Origin: an uncultured virus (IMG/VR IMGVR_UViG_3300031687_000005)
Lineage: Duplodnaviria > Heunggongvirae > Uroviricota > Caudoviricetes
Virus record (IMG/VR): IMGVR_UViG_3300031687_000005
Strand: one strand, 5' to 3'
Length of the DNA stretch: 64,000 nt
The position numbers and the translations under genes were made by a program. Positions 15,639-25,340 of the stretch are shown here, piece by piece (positions within the stretch are counted from its first letter, which is position 1; each line of letters starts with the position of its first letter). The notes below the pieces were generated by a model. That model ran no database searches and was not told where the DNA came from. It saw only the letters and a list, made by a program, of their open reading frames with translations.

Positions 15639-15908
15639 ATGGGTGTCAACTTAAGGAAATACAAAAAATACGGAGGGCGTACAGTATCTAAAGATACTAG
15701 AAAGCTTGCACGTAAACTTGTAAGAGGTAAGAGTGGTGAAGTAAAGCTTACTGGTAGCAGGAAACAAAGAAAGAGAGCTGCAGTACGAGAGGTGTACGCT
15801 ATGAAGAAGAACGCTAAGTTCGGAAATAACGGAAACAAAACTCAAGGAGGTAACGAACTAGCTATGTTAAAATCATACAAGAGCGGTGGACTCATACAAC
15901 ATGATTAG
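15639..15908 (+). CDS. Highly basic protein with C-terminal YKSGGLIQHD tag
   Basis: Lys/Arg-rich; shared terminal tag. Confidence 0.85.
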   Translation: MGVNLRKYKKYGGRTVSKDTRKLARKLVRGKSGEVKLTGSRKQRKRAAVREVYAMKKNAKFGNNGNKTQGGNELAMLKSYKSGGLIQHD

Positions 15909-15947
15909 TATTTTATAATATATAAATATTATGTTTTTTGATTTAAG

Positions 15948-15976
15948 AGGGTTCAGTAATATGAGCCCTTTTTTTT
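15948..15976 (+). terminator. Intrinsic terminator closing the three-gene basic-protein unit
   Basis: AGGGTTCA-GTAATA-TGAGCCCT followed by a T run. Confidence 0.8.
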
Positions 15977-15978
15977 AT

Positions 15979-15986
15979 TAACTTTG
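15979..15986 (+). promoter_or_regulatory. Bacteroidota-type -7 box (TAACTTTG)
   Basis: Lies 4 nt before ATG 15991, at the head of the packaging operon. Confidence 0.6.
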
Positions 15987-15990
15987 TATC

Positions 15991-16305
15991 ATGGAAACAA
16001 TGGAGAAGCAAAAAACAAAGTTTGGTGTAGTGGAGCTAATGCCAAATGGAAAGATATTTGGGTACGTGAACGTAGCTGAAATGTCTGACAAGAGAGAGTC
16101 TGCGATTATGGAAGACTATATAGAAATGGGATACCTACCAATTGTTAATAACTATAAGCTTGCTGGAGGTAGCACATCAACTATATACTACAAGTACCTT
16201 GACGAGGATGGCGAACCAGAAGAAGGTGAGTCAACGCATGTAATTCACGGTGTCTTTATAATGAAAACAGAACTCGAAAAGTATGTACCTACTAAAAATA
16301 AGTAA
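15991..16305 (+). CDS. Hypothetical protein
   Basis: 104-aa ORF. Confidence 0.75.
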   Translation: METMEKQKTKFGVVELMPNGKIFGYVNVAEMSDKRESAIMEDYIEMGYLPIVNNYKLAGGSTSTIYYKYLDEDGEPEEGESTHVIHGVFIMKTELEKYVPTKNK

Positions 16306-16810
16306 TAAAGGAAGCGTTGTTGAGGATGATGGCATATTTGGTATACCAGAATTCAAAGACCTTATAGATTCTAAAAGCTTTGGCAGTAAAGGACTCATGT
16401 ATGTTGCGTATATAGCAGATTATGACTCCCCGTACCGACACTTCACCCTCGATGAGAGAGTTAGAGTCGTATCTAAAGACTTATATCAAGACTATGAGTG
16501 GAAAGGCTCAAAAAATAAAAAAATTGCTGCCGCAATACTTAAGTATAACCAACTTCAATATGACCCCCTCGATGCTCAACTCTCAGCTTTTAATGAGAAA
16601 ATAAATGAGTATACTGAATTGCTCGATTCTACTAAGATTAATATAGATAATGCAGCCGACATACAGAAGATTATGATTGGCGTAGAGAAAGTATTAGGGA
16701 CTAGACAGAAACTATTAGATGCTATTGAGAGGCGTGGTGAACGTTCTAAGATTGCTGGTAATAGAGAGCTTAGTTATTTAGAAACTTTACAGAGCCAAAA
16801 GAATGTTTGA
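16283..16810 (+). CDS. Hypothetical protein upstream of TerL, possible terminase small subunit
   Basis: Position overlapping the TerL start; helical C-terminus; function inferred from synteny only. Confidence 0.5.
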   Translation: MYLLKISNKGSVVEDDGIFGIPEFKDLIDSKSFGSKGLMYVAYIADYDSPYRHFTLDERVRVVSKDLYQDYEWKGSKNKKIAAAILKYNQLQYDPLDAQLSAFNEKINEYTELLDSTKINIDNAADIQKIMIGVEKVLGTRQKLLDAIERRGERSKIAGNRELSYLETLQSQKNV

Positions 16811-18602
16811 TGCAAAGAAGTATCAACCTTTAATTTATGAAGGTGTTCCTACCTTAAATCCAGAGAGTGTTTCTTTCAGGGAGTATTGGGACGAACAGAT
16901 TGAGAGGTGTAAGTTCGGGTTCGCACCCAAAGGCATGCCACGAATCACTGGTAAGCACTATTATTATTTAAACTTCTATAAAATTTTAGGTAGTGATGGT
17001 GTCAAGGGTAACAGTCGTAAGACTCTTATCGCTCCTTGGTATAGAGATATGGACAAGCATTACTTTGACTTGTTCGATACATGCAAGGAAGAAGAGAAAG
17101 GAATGATTGTTATCAAGGCTAGAGATAAGGGGTTCTCTTACATGAACTCTGGTATCCTGGCACACGAATACACATTCTATCCGTACAACCACGTAGGGGT
17201 AGCCGCAGGGCTTCAGGTGACTGCTACATCCTTCTTTGATAAGGTGAAAGCAGGACTCAACAATCAAAACTCCAATTTTAGACACTCAACACTTAAAGAA
17301 GGTGAGGAAGTTCTTAAATCTGGTTATAAAATAAAAGACAAAGAAGGTAAATGGGGTGTAGATGGATTTCAATCTGTTATACACTGTAGAACGATGAGTA
17401 ATCCTGAAGTATATAAGGGTGAACGTCTTTCTGTGATGGTATTTGAGGAAGCTGGGGAATTCAAAGAGTTGCTTAACGCTTATATGTCATCTAAGGCTTG
17501 TTTCATGGATGGGAATGTCCAGTATGGAGTTCCTATTATTGGTGGAACGGGTGGAGATATTGAAGCAGCCTCTAAGGATTTCATGGAGATGTATTATAAT
17601 GCTGATGCCTTTAACCTTATACCTATGTTTATTCCTGCTTCCATGTGTTATCATGGATTCTTTGATATAAAGACAGGTACTTCAGATAATGACGGGGCTA
17701 CAAAAGCTCTTAAAGACAGAAGAGAACAACTACATAAGGCAGGTAATCAGAAAGGATACAACCTAGAATTACAAAATTACCCATTATCCGTAGAAGAAGC
17801 TTTCTTACAAACTAAGAACTCTAGATTTAACGTGGCTAAGATAAACGCACAACGAAGTGAGATACTAAGTAGTGAAGATTTGCAAGGTCAGATACAAAGC
17901 GGTAGACTAGAATGGGAAGCCGAAGGAATGCAAGTCAAGTTTGTTCTTGATAGGAATGGTCCATATAAGATATTAGCACACCCAAACACTGAACTTAAAG
18001 GTTTAGATATAGGTGGAATTGATTCGTATGACCAGGATGAGTCGTCAACTTCCTCTTTAGGGAGTGCTATTATCTTTAGACGATTCTATAACATGGAGAT
18101 AGCTGGAAACTACCCTATTGCTGAGTATACAGAGCGTCCAGACACAGCAGAAGAGTTCTGGGATGGGTGTCTAAAATTAGCCGTATATTACAATGCGAAA
18201 ATGCTGATTGAGTTCACTCGTATTGGAATCATTGGATATTTCCAGAGAGCAGGAGGAAAACAATATTTAAAAGAGAGACCAACAACAGCTCACTCACCTA
18301 AAACTGTTAACAGGAATAGGTACGGTCTTCAAATGAATAAACACACTAAAGCAGTGATGGAACAATTCATGGAGAACTATATAGAGGAGAATTGTGGTGA
18401 TATTTGGTTTGTAGATTTACTAGATGAACTTGGTAGTTATGGGTTACGTAACACGGATAGGGCGATAGCCTTTGGTTTATGTTTAGTACACGACATTGAC
18501 TTATACGATAAGCAAGTAAAAAGAGATGAACAAGTACAAGGGAATTTAGGCTTTGTATATTATAAAAGAGAAAACGGAAGATTAGTTCCATATAAAAAAT
18601 AA
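16803..18602 (+). CDS. terL: Terminase large subunit
   Basis: ITGKHYYYLNF, KARDKGFSY (Walker A-like), FEEAG (Walker B), GGTGG, GGIDSYD nuclease motif, terminal DRAIA; crAss-like style. Confidence 0.93.
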   Translation: MFDAKKYQPLIYEGVPTLNPESVSFREYWDEQIERCKFGFAPKGMPRITGKHYYYLNFYKILGSDGVKGNSRKTLIAPWYRDMDKHYFDLFDTCKEEEKGMIVIKARDKGFSYMNSGILAHEYTFYPYNHVGVAAGLQVTATSFFDKVKAGLNNQNSNFRHSTLKEGEEVLKSGYKIKDKEGKWGVDGFQSVIHCRTMSNPEVYKGERLSVMVFEEAGEFKELLNAYMSSKACFMDGNVQYGVPIIGGTGGDIEAASKDFMEMYYNADAFNLIPMFIPASMCYHGFFDIKTGTSDNDGATKALKDRREQLHKAGNQKGYNLELQNYPLSVEEAFLQTKNSRFNVAKINAQRSEILSSEDLQGQIQSGRLEWEAEGMQVKFVLDRNGPYKILAHPNTELKGLDIGGIDSYDQDESSTSSLGSAIIFRRFYNMEIAGNYPIAEYTERPDTAEEFWDGCLKLAVYYNAKMLIEFTRIGIIGYFQRAGGKQYLKERPTTAHSPKTVNRNRYGLQMNKHTKAVMEQFMENYIEENCGDIWFVDLLDELGSYGLRNTDRAIAFGLCLVHDIDLYDKQVKRDEQVQGNLGFVYYKRENGRLVPYKK

Positions 18603-18605
18603 AAA

Positions 18606-20861
18606 ATGAGTGACTTTCCAAAACAGTTCGTTCCAGATAGCGAAAAGAATGAAGAGTGGTGTGAGAAAAACATCAAAGCTATTGTAGCAGAGTTAGAGCA
18701 AAGTAATGCAGAAGGCTCTACCAGTAGTTACGATAAGGATGTTAGAAACTACAGACTATACAATGGTGATTTAATCTATGATGATTACAGTTATGTGACT
18801 GAGCAGTATAAGATGACATCTCCAGCAACCATGGGGAATTACCCTTTGTCTAAAAATAAAATTGACCTTCTATGTAATGAAGAGTTGAGTAGACCTTTAG
18901 ATAAGAGTGTATTTGCTATTAACATGGATGCAGCGATTAGAAAGGAACAGTTTAAAGTTTCTCTTATAGCTAATGACTTGCTTAATGAAATCAATTCCGA
19001 ATTAGAGAATAGTTATGGGATGGAGCTGGATATGGACAATAAAGATTTCCCTATACCTGACGATATTGACCATTTCATGAGATTTGAATACAAGGAAGTC
19101 GTAGAAGAATCTATCAAGGATGGTTTAGATTATTTAGGCGAGAAGTACAAGATGAAGAAAGTGTTCCATGAAGGGATGAGAGATTTACTTGTAACTGGTA
19201 AGGAATTTTATAAGATATATGTAAAAGATGGCGACCCTTACTTTAGAAGGGTAGACCCACGTACATTCGTATTCGATAAGTCTATAGAAAGTGATTTCTT
19301 AGATGATGCTCAATGGGCAGGTGAAGAAAGATGGTTAAGCGTAAATGAAATATTAGATGAATATAGAAACGAGTTTGATGACGAAGATGTTCGTGAACTT
19401 GAAGATATGCGTCAGTCTGGTTCTGAGAACATAGACAAATGGAATAGCCAATTTAATTGGGTAGATGTAGATGATTACAAAAACATAAAGGTTAGAGTTG
19501 TATCTGCAGAATGGAAATCCATAAAAACCATTAGAGTAAAGGTTTCAGAAAACAAACACAATCCAGAGCACCCATTCCATAAAGTTGTAGGAGAACATTA
19601 CAAAGCAAGAAAAGGTGATGTAATAGAAACTAAACATGTAGATGATATATGGGAAGGAACTATGATTGGTGGGAAGATTACAGTAAACTGTAGAAGAAGA
19701 CCTAATCAAATACGTTCTGTAGATGATGCTGGTAGTACTTCTTTATCTTATGTTGGTGTTATATACAACCACACTACAGGTAAGTCTACTAGTTTAATGG
19801 ACATTCTTAGTCATATACAAATGCTATATAACATTGTTATGTACCATATTGAATTAGCATTAGCTCGTTCTGGGGGTAAGGCAGTAGTATATGATGTATC
19901 TCAGATGCCTACGAACTTAGGTATGGATATGCAAGATGTTATGTACCACTTAAAGAATGATGGTATTATTCCTATAAACTCTCGTGATGAGGGTGGGGAC
20001 TCTGCACCGTTCAATCAATTCCAACAAATTGACTTTACATTATCTCAATCTGTTCAACAACTTATAAACCTTAAGGTAATGCTTGAACAGACCGCAGGTC
20101 AGGTTTCAGGTGTATCACCACAAAGAGAAGGTGCTGTAGAGCAGTATGAATATGTAGGTAACGTGCAAAGGTCTGTAACTCAGTCTGCTATATCAACTGG
20201 TGGTTGGGTATTTTCTCATAACATAGTTAAGAAGAAGGTTATGGAAGACCTTGCTAACTTAATGAAGATAGCTTGGGCTGGCGGAAAGAAAGCAGCATTC
20301 ATATTCGGAGATGCTGGATATAAGATGCTTAGCGTCCTTCCTGATGTAGCTTTAAATGACTATGGTATATTCATGGGAGATTCTGGTAAAGATGATGCAC
20401 TTAAAACTCAAGTTCAGCAAATGTCTCAAGCAGCTCTTCAATCAGGTACTATTACTTTATTAGATGCCCTTAAAGTTATGAAGGCAGATACTATGAGTGA
20501 AGCTCAAGTTATATTAGAACAGGGTATAGATGCTATGAAGAAAGAACAAGCTGGTGCTCAAGAACAACAACAACAAATGCAACAACAACAAGCAGAAGCT
20601 GACCAAGCTAAAGTTCAGGCAGAAACCGAACTTAAGAGAATGGATATTGAAGGTAGAATCCAAGTGGCTCAAATTAATGCAGAAGCTAGAATCGCTGCTC
20701 AGGAGATTGCTTCTGATGCAAGTAGAGATATGGATGATACGAGAGAGAGAAACAAACTTGTTTTAGAAAAGGTTAAGTCTGACTTTAGTTCACAACAAAA
20801 GGACAAAGACAACGAACATCAATCTAAAATGGAGGCCAAAAAAAGTATACAAAAAAAATAA
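18606..20861 (+). CDS. Portal protein
   Basis: 751 aa after TerL; FPKQ...K.EEW start, WEGTMIG, Q-rich coiled-coil C-terminus as in crAss-like portals. Confidence 0.88.
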   Translation: MSDFPKQFVPDSEKNEEWCEKNIKAIVAELEQSNAEGSTSSYDKDVRNYRLYNGDLIYDDYSYVTEQYKMTSPATMGNYPLSKNKIDLLCNEELSRPLDKSVFAINMDAAIRKEQFKVSLIANDLLNEINSELENSYGMELDMDNKDFPIPDDIDHFMRFEYKEVVEESIKDGLDYLGEKYKMKKVFHEGMRDLLVTGKEFYKIYVKDGDPYFRRVDPRTFVFDKSIESDFLDDAQWAGEERWLSVNEILDEYRNEFDDEDVRELEDMRQSGSENIDKWNSQFNWVDVDDYKNIKVRVVSAEWKSIKTIRVKVSENKHNPEHPFHKVVGEHYKARKGDVIETKHVDDIWEGTMIGGKITVNCRRRPNQIRSVDDAGSTSLSYVGVIYNHTTGKSTSLMDILSHIQMLYNIVMYHIELALARSGGKAVVYDVSQMPTNLGMDMQDVMYHLKNDGIIPINSRDEGGDSAPFNQFQQIDFTLSQSVQQLINLKVMLEQTAGQVSGVSPQREGAVEQYEYVGNVQRSVTQSAISTGGWVFSHNIVKKKVMEDLANLMKIAWAGGKKAAFIFGDAGYKMLSVLPDVALNDYGIFMGDSGKDDALKTQVQQMSQAALQSGTITLLDALKVMKADTMSEAQVILEQGIDAMKKEQAGAQEQQQQMQQQQAEADQAKVQAETELKRMDIEGRIQVAQINAEARIAAQEIASDASRDMDDTRERNKLVLEKVKSDFSSQQKDKDNEHQSKMEAKKSIQKK

Positions 20862-20869
20862 TATCTTTG
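20862..20869 (+). promoter_or_regulatory. Bacteroidota-type -7 box (TATCTTTG)
   Basis: Intergenic, upstream of the scaffold/MCP genes. Confidence 0.6.
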
Positions 20870-20891
20870 TAACTAGTTAAAAGCAAACAAA

Positions 20892-21917
20892 ATGGCAGAA
20901 GAAAGCAAATTAATTGATGAGGTTTTAAGCAGCTCAGAAGAAACAACGCAAGACGGAGGGTTTGACCCAACATCATTTTTAAGTGGTGCTGGCGATGACG
21001 CTACCAGTCTAGCTGAGAGTTTAACCACGAACACGGAAGACACTAAGGAAGTGGAAACAACTGATAACCAGGAAGATGGATTTTCTTGGGGTGAAATTGA
21101 AGACGAAGCTCCAGTAGTTGAAGAAGAAGAAGTGGAAGAGCCAACCAAAGAAGAAGTGGAAGTTGAGGAGTCTGATGACGACTGGGACGAAGCTGAGACT
21201 AAAAACGATGCAGAACAAGAAGTTGCTGCTGAGTTTGATTGGGAAGGAATAAGTAAAGAAGCTGGTGTTGAAGCTACAAGTAAGGAAGAGTTTATCGCTA
21301 AGATAAAAGACTTACAGAAGCCTCCAGTTCAAGAAAACGATATAATTAAAAATCTAAACTCATTCTTAGAGATGGGTGATAAAGATTTAGTTATTGCTGA
21401 TATGCGTGCTGCAAAATACGAAGATGAAGATATTGCAGATACCGTTGACAGATTACAAGATGCTGGATTATTAAAGCGTGAAGCTGGATTAGTTCGACAA
21501 CAACTTACTAAGCACATCCACGGAGAGAAGGATAGAATTAGAAAGGAAGAAAAGGAATCTGAACAACAAAAAACTGAGGGTGCTAAGAACTCACGTAAAG
21601 AACTACAAAGCTTTATTAAAGATAAAGAAGAGTTCTTTGGTGGGAAGGTATCTCAGAAAGATAAGAAACAACTATATAATTACATAACCAAAGGGGATTT
21701 CGCCCAAGAAGTGTTTGAGACTCATGCCAATGTTGCGGAGGCTGCCTTCTTATGGAGAAACAAAGAAAAGATTTTCAAAATGGTTCGAACGCAAGGCGTA
21801 GAACAAGGAAAGTCTCGTATTTTAGATGGTATAACATCACCGTCTAGGAAAAATCATTCATCTAAGAGCTTTGAAGCTCCGAAGAAAGGTTTTGACCCGA
21901 GTAAGTTTAGTAATTAA
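20892..21917 (+). CDS. Acidic scaffolding-like protein
   Basis: Very Glu/Asp-rich N-terminal half, helical C-terminal half, between portal and MCP. Confidence 0.65.
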   Translation: MAEESKLIDEVLSSSEETTQDGGFDPTSFLSGAGDDATSLAESLTTNTEDTKEVETTDNQEDGFSWGEIEDEAPVVEEEEVEEPTKEEVEVEESDDDWDEAETKNDAEQEVAAEFDWEGISKEAGVEATSKEEFIAKIKDLQKPPVQENDIIKNLNSFLEMGDKDLVIADMRAAKYEDEDIADTVDRLQDAGLLKREAGLVRQQLTKHIHGEKDRIRKEEKESEQQKTEGAKNSRKELQSFIKDKEEFFGGKVSQKDKKQLYNYITKGDFAQEVFETHANVAEAAFLWRNKEKIFKMVRTQGVEQGKSRILDGITSPSRKNHSSKSFEAPKKGFDPSKFSN

Positions 21918-21960
21918 ATAATGTTTAATTAATTATTAACGACTAATAAACAAAACAAAA

Positions 21961-23409
21961 ATGAAGGTTTATAATGCAAAATATGACCCAGCATACAATA
22001 CAGCGGACAACTCCCTTGTAAACAATATGCTAAAGTACCCTGAGATTGCGAAGAAAATCATTGAATTGTATCCTCGCTACTCTATGACGTACTTACTTGA
22101 ACGCCTAGGATTTGGTGCTTCTGAAAAAGTAATTGGTGGAAGCTCTTTCGAGTGGAAAATCATGCAACGTTATAAAGCTCCTGCTGGACTTGATGCGGCT
22201 TACGCTGTCAATGCTTCTGTTGGAACTGTTGGAACTATCAAGATTTCAAGTGCTGATGGTGCTAACGAATACTGTATGCTAAACGTAAACGATGTAATTC
22301 GTTTCGAATCTGGTGCTACGGCATTAATAACTGCTGTAGGTTCAATCGACGCTGCTGACGGTGGAAGTACTGATGTTACAATTAAGCATATTGATGCTTT
22401 TAATTTCTCTGCTGCTGGTGCTTCTGCTGCTGACACAGAGGTTGTTGCAGTAATTGGTTCTGCTTTTGGACAAGGTTCATTAGGTGATGAAGTTGGTGAA
22501 GGTTATGCTTACCCAGAAACTCACAGAAACCACTTAACTCTTTCTCGTAGAAAGTGTAAGATTAATGGTATTGATTTACATGATGTTACTTGGGTTGAGC
22601 ACAATGGTCACAGACTATGGTACTTTACTAAGGAGCAACAAATGACTGACCAATTCATGTACGAACTTGAATTGAATCGTTGGTTTGGTAAATCTTCTGT
22701 ATCTGGAGATATTCAATATCCTGGTGATTCTGGTTCAGTTGCTAACGGTCTTCCAATCATGGGTGACGGAATCTTAGCTCAAATCGCTTCAGCTAATCAA
22801 TTCACTACTGCTGGTCTTGGTATCACTGAAGGTGAGTTATTGAAGTTCATCGGTACTTTATCTTTAAGTTCTTTAAAGGCAACTGGTAACGAATATGTAG
22901 TATTTACTGGAATGCAAGGAATGATTCAATTCCAACAAGCTATGACTGCTCACTTGGCAACAATGGGTTCTGCTTCTAGCTTAATTGCATCTAAATCTGG
23001 TGAAGGTGTAGCTGTAGGAACTAACTTTACTTCTTACTCTGCTTTAGGTAACAACATCAAATTGGTACACAATCCATGTTTCGATGACCCTAATGTTGCT
23101 ACAATGACTTCAGGTATTTCTGGTACTGGATTTAACACTGCACAATTATCAGGTTTAATGGTAGTTATGGATATGAGTGTTCAAGATGGTGTAGCTAACG
23201 TAGAGCTTATCTCTAAAGGTGCTGAAGGATACAACAGAAACTATGTTAAGAAATATGTTCCTGGTATGATTAACCCTAACGACCCTTCTTCAATGATGGC
23301 TGCTAACGGGAATGATACTTTCGAATGTCATATCTTATCTGAATCTGGTATCATTATTCGTAACCCACAATCTTGCGGTGTAATTATGCCTGCTGGATTA
23401 ACAATTTAA
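21961..23409 (+). CDS. Major capsid protein
   Basis: 482 aa, high-expression codon bias, synteny; FEWKIM, MGDGILAQI, FTGMQG, LVHNPCFDD as in crAss-like MCPs. Confidence 0.88.
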   Translation: MKVYNAKYDPAYNTADNSLVNNMLKYPEIAKKIIELYPRYSMTYLLERLGFGASEKVIGGSSFEWKIMQRYKAPAGLDAAYAVNASVGTVGTIKISSADGANEYCMLNVNDVIRFESGATALITAVGSIDAADGGSTDVTIKHIDAFNFSAAGASAADTEVVAVIGSAFGQGSLGDEVGEGYAYPETHRNHLTLSRRKCKINGIDLHDVTWVEHNGHRLWYFTKEQQMTDQFMYELELNRWFGKSSVSGDIQYPGDSGSVANGLPIMGDGILAQIASANQFTTAGLGITEGELLKFIGTLSLSSLKATGNEYVVFTGMQGMIQFQQAMTAHLATMGSASSLIASKSGEGVAVGTNFTSYSALGNNIKLVHNPCFDDPNVATMTSGISGTGFNTAQLSGLMVVMDMSVQDGVANVELISKGAEGYNRNYVKKYVPGMINPNDPSSMMAANGNDTFECHILSESGIIIRNPQSCGVIMPAGLTI

Positions 23410-23439
23410 TTTTAACAAAAACTTTTAAATACAAATAAA

Positions 23440-23883
23440 ATGGCTGAAGAAAAATACCTTAAGCAATACGAAAAATCCGCAACTGGTAATTACTTACTAC
23501 GTTCACGCGGTACATTGAAAAATGTTCTAACAACTTCTGTAGCTAAAGTTCTTACTCAAGAAGAGTCTGGTTCTGTTGTCTATACAAACGGTGCTGTAGC
23601 TCACGTTATAACTTTACCTGCTCCTATTGCTGGATGCAACTTTAAGTTTATCTGTGCTGAATCTACTGCTATTGTAGAGATAGCTCAAGCTGCTGCTGCA
23701 GATAAGTTTGTAGGATTGATTCTTGATGGTGCTGGAACTGGCGATGAAGCTGCTTCAACAGACGTTAAGATTCGAGTTATGACAACTGCCGTTCCTGGTG
23801 ATGCTCTAGAATTAGTTTCAGACGGTGTAAGCTGGTTTGTTTCTGGTGCTTGTGACGCTGCAAACGGAGTTAAATTCGCTTAA
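23440..23883 (+). CDS. Putative auxiliary capsid/decoration protein
   Basis: Follows the MCP within the same terminator-bounded unit; ITLPA...GCNFKF...GDALELVSDGVSWFV beta-rich pattern. Confidence 0.6.
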   Translation: MAEEKYLKQYEKSATGNYLLRSRGTLKNVLTTSVAKVLTQEESGSVVYTNGAVAHVITLPAPIAGCNFKFICAESTAIVEIAQAAAADKFVGLILDGAGTGDEAASTDVKIRVMTTAVPGDALELVSDGVSWFVSGACDAANGVKFA

Positions 23884-23908
23884 TAGTTTTAAATAACTAA
23901 ATAATATT

Positions 23909-23936
23909 CACCCCTTCTTCGGAGGGGGTGTTTTTT
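23909..23936 (+). terminator. Intrinsic terminator with UUCG tetraloop
   Basis: CACCCCTTC-TTCG-GAGGGGGTG-TTTTTT. Confidence 0.92.
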
Positions 23937-23960
23937 AACTAACAACAAAAAAAAGCAAGC

Positions 23961-24638
23961 ATGGAGATTACAAAAAACCTTATTCATTACAAGCACAACA
24001 AATATTCTAAAATTAGTAACTTTAATTTTGGTAGTGCTTACAAAGACAAATCAGGAAGACTGCACGAGTTAAAAGATGTAAACGGACTAGAACAGCAGTT
24101 TGTTACAAGTCGTGCCTCATTCATCTTAAACACCTCTATAGAAGGAGATGTAATAACAGACGAATGGTTAAAGAGTCATCCATCTATATTAGCTGCTTGG
24201 ACTCGTATTGATATACAAGAAAAAGAAGAAGCTGATACTAAAGAGACGTTAACTTCTGCTCAGGCTATTATTGAAGCAGCTAAAATGTCAGACTCTGATG
24301 TGAAAGTATTCGCAACATTAAGTCGTTTTAACCTTAATGCTAGCTTAGATGTGTTAAGAGCTAAAGCAATTAATGTAGCTCAAAGTGACCACGCTAAATT
24401 CATGGAGGTTCATTTTGACCCAGAGAAGGAACTTAGAGTGTTCATCATGGAAGCGTTGAAGGCTAAGAAGATAAACTATAAGAACGAAACGTTCTATTAT
24501 GGTAAAGAAGCTATCGGAACTAACGAGGAACAGGTGTTAGTTTGGTTAAAAGATAACAAAGATATTTTAGCTATCTTGAAGCATGAAATAAGAGGTGAAA
24601 CTAAACCAGCTAAAGGTAAGGTTGCTTCTAAAAAATAA
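23961..24638 (+). CDS. Conserved crAss-like head-block hypothetical protein
   Basis: 225 aa; synteny after the MCP; IGTNEEQVLVWLKDNK C-terminus. Confidence 0.65.
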   Translation: MEITKNLIHYKHNKYSKISNFNFGSAYKDKSGRLHELKDVNGLEQQFVTSRASFILNTSIEGDVITDEWLKSHPSILAAWTRIDIQEKEEADTKETLTSAQAIIEAAKMSDSDVKVFATLSRFNLNASLDVLRAKAINVAQSDHAKFMEVHFDPEKELRVFIMEALKAKKINYKNETFYYGKEAIGTNEEQVLVWLKDNKDILAILKHEIRGETKPAKGKVASKK

Positions 24639-24643
24639 CAACA

Positions 24644-25261
24644 ATGACTGTAGAGACCGCAAGGGATAGAGTAAGATTAATCATAGACAGAGAGGATGCT
24701 GCCTACTTATCAAATACTGATATAGATGGGTTTGTTGAAATGGCTGTTGATGAGTTTGCTCAACAATATTATCTATCGTTTGAGACTAGTCAAGATTCTA
24801 GAGATAAACTACAGAATCTAGTTAGGTCTGAAATGGTGGCTGGTACTACGTCTCCTCAGATTGATTTAGAGTCTGCTGGGGGTGAGTTTTGGGACGTACC
24901 TGAAACGGAGCTTGATTATGTTTACTCTAAGATACTAGCCATACACACTAGAAAGAATCCGTACATTAGTGTTAAGATTATTCAGTTATCTGATATAACA
25001 GCGTACTCTAACGACCCTTTCAATAAGTACAACGAAGAATATCCTATTGCTTACATTCAGATGGGGCATATATTCTTTCAAGGATGGAAAGGAATGAAGG
25101 AAGTTATAGTAAAGTACTTAAAGTACACTACGAATATAGAAGATTTAAGCGCTCATACACACGAAGAAGTGTGTCAGATTGCTGCTCGTAAAGTCTTGGG
25201 AACACTGGGAGACCCAAGATACCAAATGATTCAGGCTGAAATAACTGAACGACGAGTTTAA
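24644..25261 (+). CDS. Putative tail ring/adaptor protein
   Basis: About 200 aa; IDGFVEMAV...HTHEEVCQIAA pattern; synteny. Confidence 0.65.
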   Translation: MTVETARDRVRLIIDREDAAYLSNTDIDGFVEMAVDEFAQQYYLSFETSQDSRDKLQNLVRSEMVAGTTSPQIDLESAGGEFWDVPETELDYVYSKILAIHTRKNPYISVKIIQLSDITAYSNDPFNKYNEEYPIAYIQMGHIFFQGWKGMKEVIVKYLKYTTNIEDLSAHTHEEVCQIAARKVLGTLGDPRYQMIQAEITERRV

Positions 25262-25286
25262 AGATGCTTTTTGCTCCCTGCTTTCT

Positions 25287-25325
25287 AGAAAGGGTAGAGT
25301 AGGGTTTCCTTGCTTTACCCTTTCT
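25287..25325 (+). terminator. Long hairpin (terminator or RNase III-type site)
   Basis: AGAAAGGGTAGAGTAGG pairs with CTTGCTTTACCCTTTCT using G-U pairs. Confidence 0.6.
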
Positions 25326-25340
25326 TATTAAAAAGATATT

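Noticed and set aside
14891..15845. Minus-strand ORFs opposite the basic-protein genes, and similar antisense ORFs throughout the window
   Set aside because: They are shadows of the coding strand: hydrophobic F/L/S-rich translations of Lys-rich codons, without leaders
14912..15908. An arbitrium-like secreted signalling peptide system
   Set aside because: The proteins have no signal peptides and no TPR/RRNPP receptor gene is nearby; kept only as a minor alternative in the tag finding
16803..23409. Introns or inteins in TerL, portal or MCP
   Set aside because: The ORFs are continuous and of ordinary length, with no intein-like termini or homing-endonuclease motifs noticed
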